In this document: positions 37,863-49,815 of the stretch, in pieces | Layout of the letters: every line of letters begins with the position of its first letter | How positions within the stretch are numbered: position 1 is the stretch's first letter | Origin: Protoeuglena noctilucae | Lineage: Eukaryota | DNA: 64,000 nucleotides | Direction of reading: 5' to 3' | Assembly: GCA_958009085.1 (NCBI GenBank) | Contig: OY253668.1 | Span: forward strand, 1,922,001-1,986,000 | Made by a program: the position numbers and the translations under genes | Notes under the pieces: model-generated | Seen by the model: only the letters and a program-made list of their open reading frames with translations | The model's database searches: none | Told to the model about the DNA's origin: nothing

Positions 37863-38117
37863 GGTTCCCGAGGAGGCGCTGGCCGGCTGTCGCGGGGGTC
37901 CGCGGGTCTGAACTCGAAAAAGCGCCCTCTCCGACGCTGTGCCGATCGGTGGCAGGGACCGCAATCTCTGAAGCAATTGAGGGGAAGGGACGGGACGCTT
38001 TAGGGCAAGGCTTTCACACGTCTGACTCTGGCTTGGTCAGGGCAGGCCGCGTCCACTTATTGCCGCGCTGCCACGCTGCCACGATTTAAATGGCCGAGAT
38101 GGACCCCGATTACGTCG

Positions 38118-39561
38118 CTACTTGCGCCTGGGAGGGTCTACGTCTACCGTTCCACCCCCCGATCGCGCGCTGCCGTAGAGGTTGCCGTGGGCGTCCATGG
38201 GCAGCGGCGGATTGAGCCAGAAGGACCCAGGCGTCGTGAGGTCGCTCACTTCGAAGCTGATCTCGTCAAACACGGCGTCTGCGGGGGTCAGGCCCTCGCC
38301 GACACGGTGGAGAAGCTCCACGCGTCCGTCGCCAGGTCCTTGAGCGTGAAGCGCTCATCGCCGGCATCGCCAATGCAGTCCACCACCGCGTCTGCGGCCG
38401 CGGCACCTCGCATGCCTGCCCACGTGGGCCCCAAATCGCCACAAGCACAGTTCATCTGCTTAGCGCTCACCGGCAATGTCGAAGTTCTCGTTCTGGGTGT
38501 AGCTGCTCTTCGTCACGACCACCCGCATCCCCGCCGCCTTCCCCGCGAGCAGGCCGATGCGCGAGTCCTCAATCACCACGCACCGTGCAGGCTCCACGGC
38601 ATACTTCTCGGCGGCTAGCAGGTAGATGGCGGGGTCCGGCTTCTTCTTCGGCACCACGTCGCCGGCGAACACCTGGTGGTTATGAAGGAAGGAGGAGGGC
38701 ATGTGACCCCGGGAGCCGGCCGCATGCGGAAAGGTCTGCGGCACCCGCTCGCCGCTCGCCTTGACGTGCTTGGAGATCTCCGGGCCGAGCATGACGTCCA
38801 CGATCGTCTGCACGGCCTTCTCGTTCGACGTGCTGCAGACAGCCACCTTCACGTCGCTGTCCAGCGCCTCCTGGATGAGGCGCTGGACCCCCGGGCGGAG
38901 GGGCATGCTGCCCGCCTCGATCATGGCTTGGAAGATGCCCGTTTTAAGCAAGTGCAGCTCCTTCAGGAACTCCCAGCGCTCCTCCTTGCCCTTGATGGAC
39001 TTGAAAGGCTCCCGATCCTCACAGGCTGCGCGCAGCAGTGGGAGGGCGTCGCACATTGCACTCCCGAGCGCGAGGCGGGCCCAGCGGCCCACGCGGGCAG
39101 GGCACTCACTCGAGAAGTAGTGCAGCATCCTCTCCTTGCCCCCTCCAATCTCGAGGAGCTTGCCGTACTGCTCCACGCCCCACTGCGAAGCAGGAAATCC
39201 GGGCTTTCCACGTTTGTCGGACCCCAGGATGCCGAGCGCCTCGTGCATCGCCCACGACCGAGCCCTAGCAAACAGGTGCGACTGCTGTCGGAACGTGTCC
39301 GCGCACCTCGTGGTCGAGCCCGCGCTCCTTGAACGCGGCGTTGAACGACACGCGATGCCCGTCCTTCTCCGTGTCCACGAGCACGCCGTCGCAGTCAAAG
39401 AAAAGCGCTTGCGGCCAGTCGATGTTCCGCAAGCCGAAGGCCACCAGCGAGCGCGCCCTCGCGACCGGCATCGCGACGCGCGTCCCAATCCTCCCACGGG
39501 GCGCGGGGCACCCCGTCCTGAGGCCCGCGCCCGGCGCCCGAGCGACGGACGGAGACGTCAT
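38118..39561 (-). CDS. CBBY: CbbY-like HAD phosphatase (xylulose-1,5-bisphosphate phosphatase), plastid transit peptide; two candidate last exons
   Basis: ALFFDCDGVLVDTEKDGHRVSFN, LLEIGGGKERM, LRPGV, VCSTSNEKAV, FAGDVVPKKKPDPAIY, VVIEDSRIG, TKSSYTQNENF. Confidence 0.92.
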
Positions 39562-39849
39562 GCCAGCTCCCGAGCAAACTCCGAAGCCCGACGGCCGGTT
39601 GGGCACTGCTCTCAGCGGCGATCACAGTGCGGCCTTCAAAAGAGCAGAGGGTAGAACGTCCGTCGCCCCAGATGCTCGATTGGCAACGGTGTCACTGACT
39701 GCGCTTCCAGCCGTCAGGGCGCGGTGATGAGCACGCCTGTGGGAGCCAGGCCTGCGACGTGCGCTGGCGCGGGGTCTCCCTCAAAGAAAATGTCCGATTT
39801 GTACGCCTCCTCCTCCCAAGATTACGGCATATTGGCCGTGACCGAGGCG

Positions 39850-41539
39850 ATGCAAGTCCTGCGCGGCGCATTGCCTGCGCGGTGCCTGCCGCTTCGCCCG
39901 TCCAAGCCCCGCTCGCGCCCCTTCACCACCCTCCGCGCCCTCCCTCGCCTTCTGCACAAAGTGACGGGGCCAGGACCGAAAGAGGCTGCCCTCGACAACG
40001 GGTTCCGGGTCCCTCCGAAGCAACGGGGGGCGGACGTCTTGCTAGTAGACGCCAACAACATTGCTATCGGCGTCCGTCGCGGCCTGGCGAAGCGCTACGC
40101 GAAGAAAGCAGCGGGCGAAATCATCGCGGCGTACCTCGACTTCTTCACGGCATACACGGGGGCAGGCGTCGTGCTCTCGGTTTCCGACCCTCCGCCGTTG
40201 CAGCGCTCGTACCGGCAGTCCCTCAGCGAGAGGTACAAGGCCCGGCCTGGACCTCTGGCGAGCCAGGGGGCGCCGAGGGGTCATGCGGCGCATTTCGCTG
40301 TCGACTCCCGCGAGGGGCACTTCGCATGGCAGGTCTTGGATGGCAGCGAGGGCGACGACGGGATGAGGGCGGCGGCCGCCGCCATTACGGAGGCGTTCCC
40401 GGGGAAAGCGCGGGTCGCCGTGGTGTCTGGCGACGAGGATATGGCTTCAGTTGGTGGGTAGCACGCTGGCGTGCGATTGCCGGCTCGTGGGTGGGAAGGC
40501 ACTTGGGACCTGACACCGTGGTCACCCCTCGCTGCCTGCAGTGGGCCCACAGGTGTTCTGGCTGCGCATGTGCACGACGCCGTCGACGACCGATGCGTCC
40601 CACGTGCGTGTCATCGACGAGGCTGCCCTGGAGAAGGAGTGGGGTGTCAAGTGGGTGGCCGCTCGTGTCCCTGGCTGCCCTCGCGGATCCCTTCCATTCA
40701 CTGACTCAGGGCATCCACCCGTGGTATGCAGGCCGGCGAGCTGGGACATGTTTTGCGCCCTCCGCGGGAAGAAATCGGTCGGTATCCAGGGTCTGGGCGT
40801 CTCGACACCGTCGGCGAGGAATCTGTCGTCGAAGTTCCCCACGGTGGAGGCGCTGCAGCAGGCCGTTCAAGACGGGTCGCTTTCGGCGGTCCGTTCTCCG
40901 TTCCAGGACCGCACGTGGGAAGAGGCGCTGCAGGCGCTGGAGACCAATATGGCGCTGGTCAAAGGTCCCAGCGTGGATCGCGTGCTGCCCGGCGACGTCA
41001 TCGCAAGTCTGCAGGAGAACGGTGCCATACACCGCTCGATACAGGCAAGGGGTGTGCGGGTGCCCAGCGGGCGCAACGCAGTCGTTATTGTCAGGTTCTA
41101 GTCGTCGTTCAGCGACGTTGCCAATGTGGAAAGCGCGCAGGAGAGCATGGCGAAGAGGCGCTCCCCAGCGTCCCTGGCGAACCTGCCCGCCCTCGTTCCA
41201 GAGACTGCCGTCCACTTCCGGGTCATGGAGCCATCGCTCGTGCGGCTGGCGGACGTGTGCGCCTCGCAGGGGCTGCGTGCGGACCTGGCATGGTGCGACC
41301 GGGCGGGCAACGTCTTCGATGCCGTCGTGGACGCAAAAGGCGGCCCAGTCGCCCTGCTTCTCTGCCCGGACCACACCTACTCTGACCAGGTGGCCCAGAT
41401 GCCGGCCTGGGTCAGAATCCGCGTGCGCAAAGCCCGGCAGGCGGGGCTCCGCCCAGTTGTCCTGAGCCCCGCAACGGTCCTCAAGATGGCTCACTCCCCA
41501 CGGCTGCTGCTCGACGCCCTGCAACGTGCCCCCGGCTAG
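39850..41539 (+). CDS. Organelle-targeted 5'-3' exonuclease/flap endonuclease (Pol I 5'-nuclease, Xni-like) with C-terminal extra domain
   Basis: Basic transit-like N-terminus MQVLRGALPARCL; LLVDANN, VSD, YRQSLSERYKAR, EGDD, VSGDEDM; H3TH-like ALRGKKSVGIQGLG...ARNLSSKFPTVEAL. Confidence 0.8.
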
Positions 41540-41704
41540 CCACGTGCCTGCGTCGGGATTTTGCCAGAAATGCCGGCCGTGGCTCACATGCTTTCTCGCC
41601 AAACACCGCGCATTAGTTGTCTCTGCACGTTGTGTTTGTTTACGAGCTGTGGTTGTTGCTTCTCAGCAAGTTCCCAGCACGGGTGTGATTCCCACCTGTT
41701 CAAG

Positions 41705-43015
41705 ATGTTCGCGCTGGCAGCCCTCTTCGCGCTCCTCGCTGTGAGCCAAATGGCAGGTGAAAGCTGGGCCGCGGCGCCGGGCCGCGCGGCTGCGCCGGGC
41801 CGCACGCCCCCAGCAGCACTTGAGTGCTTCGCCTTTCACGCTGGATCTGCACCCGCTAGACGCCGCTGCGTTGCTTTCGCCGACACCTGCACGTTTGTTA
41901 TCTTTTATTCATGCTGCGTTCAAAGCGTCATGGCCTGTCTATCGCCGCGCTCGCGAGTCAGGTGCGCAGGGTACCACCCGCGGCATGCCATGCCTGCAGG
42001 TGCTCGACGCATGCACCAGGCCGCCGTGGCGGGCGTGACCACCGTTGTGCCTTGCAACACCATCGTGGCCTCCCTCGCGGCCAAAGGTCAGACCTTCGCC
42101 ACGATCCCCATCGCGCAGCAGGTCACGCTGCTCGAGACCTGCGGCTGTGTCCCAACCATCCTCACGGCGAGTGACGCTTGCTGTGCCTCGCTGACGTCTT
42201 GGTTCAATGCCGCCGTGCCTCTCCCGCGCGAGCGCCCGCCTTGTGCTTGCAGCTGACCCAGTCAGGGTACGCCGAAGCCGCCATCAAGGCTGCACGTGTG
42301 GCCAGTTGCCCGGACCTCAGCGGGTCCGCCACGGCGACGCCGGGATCCCTCCCAGTCGCGACGATCGCTGCGACAACCGCCCCGCTGCCGGCCGTCGCCA
42401 CAGCGCCAGTGACCGTCGCTGCTGCGCCCGTCCCCATGCCGGCCGTCGCAGCAGCAGCCGCCGTCCCGGTTGCCACGCCTGTGGTCCCTGCCACGCCTGT
42501 GGTCGCCGCGACGCCGCTCTCTGTGCCTGCGGCCCCAGCCGTGCCGCCCACAGTGGCGGCCGTCCCGGCCCCCACGGTCGCCACGAGCGTCGCCCCCGTG
42601 CCGCTGCCTGCCAGCGAGAAGACGGGCAACGCGGCCGTGGACGCGGCAAACGCCAAGCTCGCGGGCGTTTACGACGCGCTCAAGAAGGCCTACGCGGGAC
42701 TCGCCACCGCCCACGCCAAGCTGCAGGCCGCATTCAAGGCGCAGGCCGCGGTGAGCCCCACCGCAAGCTGCGACGTGAAGCTGGCTGCGTCAAAGGACGT
42801 GGTGGACGCGTACAAGGGAGTCGACGAGTCATACAAAGCTTTGGACGACGTTTACAAGGTGGGATACCTTGGGCGGCAGGAATCGCGCATCACGACTGTC
42901 GATGCCCGGGCATCGACCAAAAAGTGGGTCTATTGGCTACCTGCAGGCCCTCGACAACGCGTACAAGGACCTGGACGTCGGGTACCAGGGCTTTGTCGCC
43001 AAGCTCCGGGCATGA
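41705..43015 (+). CDS. Secreted protein: Cys-rich domain, A/P/T/V-rich linker, Tyr-heptad helical tail
   Basis: Signal peptide MFALAALFALLAVS; C...CGC...CC...C; long PAVA/PVVPAT stretch; YKxLD repeats, ending KLRA-TGA. Confidence 0.75.
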
Positions 43016-43395
43016 CGGCACGGAACCTAGTCCTTCGTGCTACTGCGCTCACGCATAGCGGCTGCGGCTTCTCGGATCACTTGCAAGGACGTGCTTTGAA
43101 CTCATCAGGGGCTCAGGACGACACCCGGCAGTGACGCACCCCCCGGCGAGATCAGTCGGACGCCTGATAACGTCACGTTGGAGAAGCGTGCGCTTCGATG
43201 GAGCACCACCAGCGCCGGAGGCGGGCTGCGGACGGCACGGGCGCATTGCATGACACATCCAACGCATCGCAAGGCAGCCCCGGCAGGAGGCGAAGCGGTG
43301 CGGGGGGCCCCGCATCTCGCAGTGCCAGGCCAAGGCTCAGAGATTGAGATGGGCGGCCAGAACGTGCTGTCACTCGTGGCAAAGACACCTCTTCC

Positions 43396-44420
43396 TCACC
43401 TCAGCCACGCCACAAACGCCTCCGCTCTGCCCGCCAGCGTCAGCCCCGCCCTCGACGTGGCCCCCATTGCCCACGAGCCCCCCGGGACTCTGACCAGCAC
43501 ATGCCACGATGCTAGGAGCACGTGCCGCACGCCGGGGAGCCCCCCTAATAGGACGGCCACCTGCCGAGCCATCCGCACGACCCAGAGGAGCAGCGTTGCC
43601 ATGGCGTTCCTCCGACCCGTCAGCACGAAGTCGGACAGCTTGGCCGGGCCGTCGAGGACGACCTGCACGCGGCGGGCGAACCGCATGGAACCTTGGTGAG
43701 GTTTTAGACGGGCCATCATGGGCGGTGACGAGTTCCTCAGTCCCTCACCTGTTCAGCCACGTCCAGCTCCAGTCGCTTGCCACCCAGACTCTTGTTGCGC
43801 ATGCGGGGCTCGGATTCGATGGCCGCGTGCACCAACCACGTCCCGCTCGACACGCTGTCCGAGGTGAGGATCTCCGCCAGGCTCCGCTGCGGGCGATGGG
43901 GCACTCGCATGGCTGCCAGCGCCGGGTCACGCACGTTGGAAGCAGTCCATGCGTGCTACACCGGCCACGGGCTACCTGCGCGGAGATGTCGCCGGACGCG
44001 GCGCTGGCTTTGAGGTCCCGTAGGACGCTGTTGGGGAGAGACACCGGGCTGGAGCCGAAGGAGAGGACGAGGGGACAGTAAACGAGCCATAAGAGGGCCA
44101 CGCACACCAGCGTCCACACCACCATCTGCCGGAGGGACCGGTCGTCCTCGTCCTCACTCGCTGCGGCACCCGGCAGGGCGCCCTTCCACGTCGAGGTGGA
44201 CGCGGGACCCGCAGCGTCTGCGCGCGCAGGCCCGGGGCTGCCTGTGCTCGCGGGTGTGGGCGGACTGCAGGCTCGCATGCCCAGGCAGCCCTGGGAGCCC
44301 CTTATCAAGGTGAGCCTCACCCTGGCTGCTCGAGCCCATATCCCAGTCGGCGCTGCTTCGCTCGCTGCCGTCCAGCATGGAGCCCCCCCGGCCAGGGACA
44401 GTCGTCAGGGACCTCCACAT
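43396..44420 (-). CDS. Hypothetical membrane protein (ends uncertain)
   Basis: Three or more splice-bounded in-frame exons with hydrophobic segments MVVWTLVCVALLWLVYCPLVL and MATLLLWVVRMARQVAVLLGGL. Confidence 0.5.
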
Positions 44421-44969
44421 GGCCGGGGTATGTCCCACCGACGCACTGCGGGCAAGCCTGGTCGCTCCTGGGAAACGACAGGACACTCCTGCCGTGCTGT
44501 GCAAGAGACAACAGTCATTACAACTGCATGCCGTGGAAATGGCGCCTCATCTCGCCTCAAGGGCATGAAGCCAAAACTTCGCGTGCGCAGCTCTGCTGGC
44601 CGCCCCCGCATGCTCGGTATCTGCCCTTGCTGGCGCACGCAGGCCTCGCAGCCAACTCAGAGATGTTGAAACCTAGCAGCCAACAGCCTGGCGGGCTGGC
44701 ATTACGAGGGAAGGGCGAGGTCACGTTTTCGATTGAGGGAGGCGGGCGATTGGCTTTTTCCTGCTCCCCGCACTCCAAGCTTTGTCGTTATCGACGAGAC
44801 GTAGCAGGGAATGCGCAGATTTCCTGCGTGGGATAGATGGGTCGAGCCCTGGGGTCATACCGCAGCCCGGCAGCCAGTGGGGGCTGCTGGCGTGGGGCCC
44901 AACCGACCAACCTCGCTCGTCGACGATATTTCTGCGCGACAGTCGCGCCCCTCACCGTCGTCTTGGGCC

Positions 44970-47696
44970 ATGGCGAGCGCGGGGCTGCGGGACAAGCTCG
45001 CGAGGGCCGCGCGGTCGCTCCTGGGGGCCCGTGGCATGAGCACTTCTACCCTTGATATCAGGCAGGCGGTCGCGGCGAAGATCCCGGAGGAGCAGGTGAC
45101 GCGAGGGGCGTGGCAAGGGCAGCTCCTCCCACGACGCATGCCGTTCTCAGCTTTCCTTTTCCAGGCGCTCCTTTGGCCCTTTAGTTTCCGAAAACGCTGC
45201 GGCAAAGGCCATCGGAACGCTGAGATGTCACCCGCGGTGCGCTAACACTGCGCGGACAAGGAGCCGGCCGCGCCCGCCGATGATGGGTCCGGCCGCCTCG
45301 CGCTGCGGTCGGGAAAGTGTCTATGCGATCCTCGGACCAGATACGCTCGCAAACGCTGCAACCGCTCCTCCGGTGTGGACCTTTGCCTCCTCCGCACCCT
45401 TACGCCGTTCCGTGCGTCCCCCGCGCTCTTGGCCGATGTACTGCGGGGTTCACGTGGAGGGGAGCACGTTGATCAATTGATGAATTCCCTCGTCCCACTC
45501 ATCCGTCCACCGATGGCGTCGTTGCGCCTCGGCCGGCCTCGCTCCAAGGGATGACATTTGCCAACCCTGGAGCCGCTCTGGCCTCTCCGCAGGAGCGCCT
45601 GAAGCAGATCAAGGCCGAGTACGGGCAGCGCTCTCTTGGGGAGGTCACAGGTGCGCACTCGCGAGCCCTTTGCCGGCAGGGCGCATGCTCTGGACTGCAT
45701 CCCCACGGCAGGACCGCAGCCTCCGCCCACCCGCGCCCGCCGTTTCGTGCCGCAGTGAACATGGCCGTCGGTGGCATGCGCGGCATCAAGGGGATGCTCT
45801 GGGAGACGTCGTTACTGGACGCGGACGAGGGCATTCGCTTCCGGGGCCACTCGATCCCCGAGCTGCAGGCTGTCCTGCCCACGGCGGGCGGCGGGCACGA
45901 GCCCCTCCCCGAGGTGAGCGCCTGCTCAGCCAGGGACACGCCCATTCGCTGCAGTGAGCTCTCACCCTCTTGGGAAGAGACGCGCGTGACGGATCAGTGT
46001 CCCGTTCGCAGGGCCTCCTGTGGCTCCTGCTCACCGGGGACATCCCGAGCGTGGCGCAAGTGTCCGAGCTCTCTGCAGAGCTCCAGATCAAGTCGGCTTT
46101 GCCCCCGCACGTCCTCAAGGTCCTCAAGAGCCTCCCCGAGCGCACGCACCCCATGACGCAGGCGCGGCCGCTGCCCCGCGGGAGATAGACCCGATGGACT
46201 TATGTGCCATGCAGCCTTGACAAGCGTGCTAGCAGTGCCGCCGTCTACAAGGATTACAATTCTCCACCCGCAGTTCAGCATCGGGGTGATGGCAATGCAG
46301 GATCAGTCCGTCTTTGCACGTGCGTACCAGGCGGGCATGAACAAGAGGTGAGGGCCGTGAGGGAGCAGGGTGGTCATGCCGGTGTTGCTTTGCTAAGGAT
46401 GAGTGTGATAAATTGCACAATTTCTTGCGTTGCAGCAAGTTCTGGCAGCCGGTGCTCGAGGACTCAATCCACTTTATCGCCAAGCTCCCCACGCTCGCGG
46501 CTACCATCTACCGGCAGACGTACTACCGCGGAAACCTCATCGACCGGGAGCCCGGCAGCGACTGGGCGGGGGGACTGGCGCAGATGATGGGGTTCCCTGC
46601 CCCGGAGGCCAAGGTGAGGGGCGCATCCGTGCCACTGCGCGAGCCCCGCCAGCCGCCTGGGGCGTGTGGGCGATTGCCGACCCCCGACCCACGCGCAAGA
46701 GATGCCCACGCAACAAATGGCACTTCTCCCTGCCCCTCGCGCGCCCGCAGGAGATGATGCGCCTGTACCAGACCATCCACGCCGACCACGAGGGCGGCAA
46801 CGTCTCGGCTCACACGGCGCACGTGGTGGCGTCGGCCCTTTCCGACCCCTACCTGTCCTTCGCCGCAGCCATAAACGGCCTCGCGGGCCCCCTCCACGGG
46901 TGAGTCTCCTATCCACATCCCCCGCGCACGCTCTCGCTGACCTGGGGTCTGTTCGTTTGTAGTGGCTTGACGCGTCGGGCACTGACGAAGGACCCCGCAT
47001 CGCGTGCGCCCGCAGCCTCGCGAACCAAGAGGTGCTCCGGTGGCTCAAAGACCTCACCCGGGACCTCGGGGAGAACCCCAGCGCGGAGCAGCTGGCCAAG
47101 TACTGCCGGGACACGCTCGCGGCGGGTCACGTGGTCCCGGGGTACGGCCACGCCGTCCTCCGCAAGACGGACCCCCGCTACACGTGCCAGCGCGAGTTCG
47201 CCCTCAAGCACCTGCCAGACTACCCGCTCTTCCAGGTGAGCGCTCGCCTGGGGCTGGTTCTGTTGGGAGGTGCCCCATGCGGCGGTGCCCTGCCCACTGC
47301 TCGCTTCGATTGTGAATTCGTGGGGGGACATGAGTGCCCATTGTGGGACTGTGACGTCCTTGACAAGCGCCTCCGAGCACGCCCAGCTTGCCCGCCACCG
47401 TCGCCCACCCGCCCCGACCCCGCGCCCCGCAGATCGTGTCGAGGTTGTACGAGGTCGTCCCCAACATCCTCCTCGAGACGGGCAAGGTGAAGAACCCCTG
47501 GCCGAACGTCGACGCGCACTCGGGCGTCCTGCTGCAGTACTACGGCATCAAGGAGGAGAACTTCTACACGGTGCTCTTCGGGGTCTCTCGCGCCCTCGGC
47601 GTGCTCAGTCAGGGCGTGTGGTCGCGCGCGCTGGGGCTGCCCATCGAGCGGCCCAAGAGCCTGACCATGTCGTCTATCAGCCAGTGGTTCCGCTGA
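44970..47696 (+). CDS. CS: Mitochondrial citrate synthase
   Basis: Presequence [111 protein letters not shown]. Confidence 0.98.
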
Positions 47697-47995
47697 AAAG
47701 CCATGGGTCGCGGGCGGCGGGGCGGGCCACGCAGCGCTGCGCAGATGGGTCCCGAGGGCCCCCATCGCCTCGTCGGCGCGCCAGTGTCAGTGCCAGCGTC
47801 GCTGATGACGCCGTGATCCGTGCACCCGTGCCCGTCTGCGCCCGCCCGCTGCGTCAGTTGGTTCTTGAACGGTGGAATGGACGCAGGAAGGGCAATAACT
47901 GCTGGGATGACGAATGACACCGAATGCTCCGGCAAGTGCCTATGACAGCGGCTGGGCGCGACGCTGCAAATCTCGTCGTGGCCTCTCTAGCTCTC

Positions 47996-49645
47996 CTAGC
48001 TCCGGTAGACGCGGATGGCTCGCGACCGCGACCGGCAGACGGGGCACTGCATCGTGTGGGCCGTGCACTCGGCACAGCAGACCATGTGCCCGCAGGACGT
48101 GTAGACCATGTTGCGGGGGCGGTCAGGCACACGCAGCACACCTCGTTCTGCGGGCGCGGGCGGCGCACGCAACGTGTGGTTGCAAGCGACGCGAGCGTCC
48201 CCCGGCCTCCCCAGCCCGGGCCCTCTCGCGCACGGCAGCTCACCGCTTCGTTTGCCAGCTGATCCGAGGCCTGGTCGCTGCCACGCTGCTGCCTCAGGGA
48301 CTCGGTCACGTGGGCCATGAGCTTGTTCGCGCGACGCTGGGGACAGAGGAAGGCAGCTAGACGTCTTGCTGGGTGCGGCGAGGTCGTATTGCCCCACTCG
48401 CCAAGCGCAGGCAAACAGACTCGGGCGCCGCCTCGCGAGCCAGAGACTCGCGTTGTCTGCACGCCATGACGCGCTTCACCTGGGCGACCCAGTTGCGGAA
48501 CAGGCGGAAGGCGATGAGCGCCGCGCCCGTGACCCCCGTCGCGATGGCCGCCCATTTGAAGACGCGCGCGCTGGTCTCGAGCCCCTCGCACAGCTCCTTG
48601 AGGGACTTGCGAGACAGGTAGAAGGGCCCGCCACCCGTTGGTTTGCCCAGCTCCATGTCGAGTCCCAACCCGGACCCCTTTTTGGCCCGAAGCTGGCCCA
48701 CGGCCGTCACTGGCGTCTCCAGGGGCAGGATGCGCTCCGTTCGGTGGATGCCCACGAGCTGTATGCCGCGAAGGATGTCAGAGGCCGCCTGGAGCACCCC
48801 CGCCGCGCCTCGCATCGTGTCGTTCTCTGCAGCACGAGGTGAGGACTGGCCAGGCTGCAGGTCCCCAGGCTGCTGCACCTTCCAACGAGCGCCGGCCCGT
48901 CCCCTCCCATTCTGAGGGCCTGGAGCTCTCACCCAGCCGGTCCAGCACGGTGACGAGCAGGGACGAGACGCCCTCCGCATTGCAGCCGTCCTTCACGGGC
49001 AGCGTCACTTTGCCGTCCGTCAGGTGGAAATCCACAAAGTTCACCGCCGTTTCCGCGGGTCGCGACGTCATGACCCACTCCCCCGACTGCGGTGGCAACG
49101 GCAGCGCGGCCGCTGAAACGATTCTCCCGCCAAGATGCCTTCCGTCAGGCTCTGCGTGGCTGACGACTCGCCTCGACCTGCTTGTGATACCGCGCCTCGG
49201 TGCTGACGGTGTGCAGGACGGCCTTGTAAATGCTGCTGTTGTTGTTCACCGGCACCTCAATCGGAGTGTCCGTGTCAATGCGGCCTGTGACAAGGTAGGG
49301 GATGCGTCAGGGCCGTCCACAGCGCCATGCCTTCGATGCAAGGTGAGCACGTACCTGTCACGGCGACGAGCAGCGGAAGGAGATGTCGAAGCTTCTTCAG
49401 GTCGCTGACGGTGTCCACCTCCCTAGCCTCAGCAAGCTTCTTGCTTTCGCGCCCTTCGAACGCCGCGGCGGCCGCCAGGAGAGCGGACTGCGCAGCGAAA
49501 CGAAGGAAGTGCGAGGCAGCCTAGCCAAGCTGCGAGTGCGCTCGAGCCGGCCCCCGAGGGCACGAGACCGGTCGCAACGACTCACCATCGCAAGGCAGGC
49601 CAGGCCCGGGAAAGACCAGTGTTCCAGCATATCCGCCGGGGCCAT
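47996..49645 (-). CDS. SP1/MUL1-like organellar outer-membrane E3 ubiquitin ligase (GIDE + RING); 1-nt frameshift in RING
   Basis: N-terminal TM; LVAVTG; RTERILPLETPVTAVG; GPFYLSRKS; second TM; C3HC4 RING CCVC...CGHMVCCAEC...CPVCR split over two frames. Confidence 0.88.
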
Positions 49646-49815
49646 CGTGGCCCCTCCAGGCCTCAAATGCGCGGTGCGCTGGCCACGATGCGGTTCCCGC
49701 GCAGTGTCACAGCATGTGTGTGGCTGTCATGTTCGCGTGTGCAGGCTCGCGAGCGTCGGGTGTCATCCGAGAAGACCAAAGGGCACGTCAGAGTCCCATG
49801 CGCCAGTGGACGGTG

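Noticed and set aside
39790..39850. Upstream in-frame MSDLYASSSQDYG as a separate small gene or true start
   Set aside because: The next Met begins a typical basic transit peptide, and there is no independent support for the extension.
45096..45592. Long (497 nt) first intron of citrate synthase as a snoRNA host
   Set aside because: A TGATGA is present (~45478) but I found no intronic D box or terminal stem. Long first introns are ordinary.
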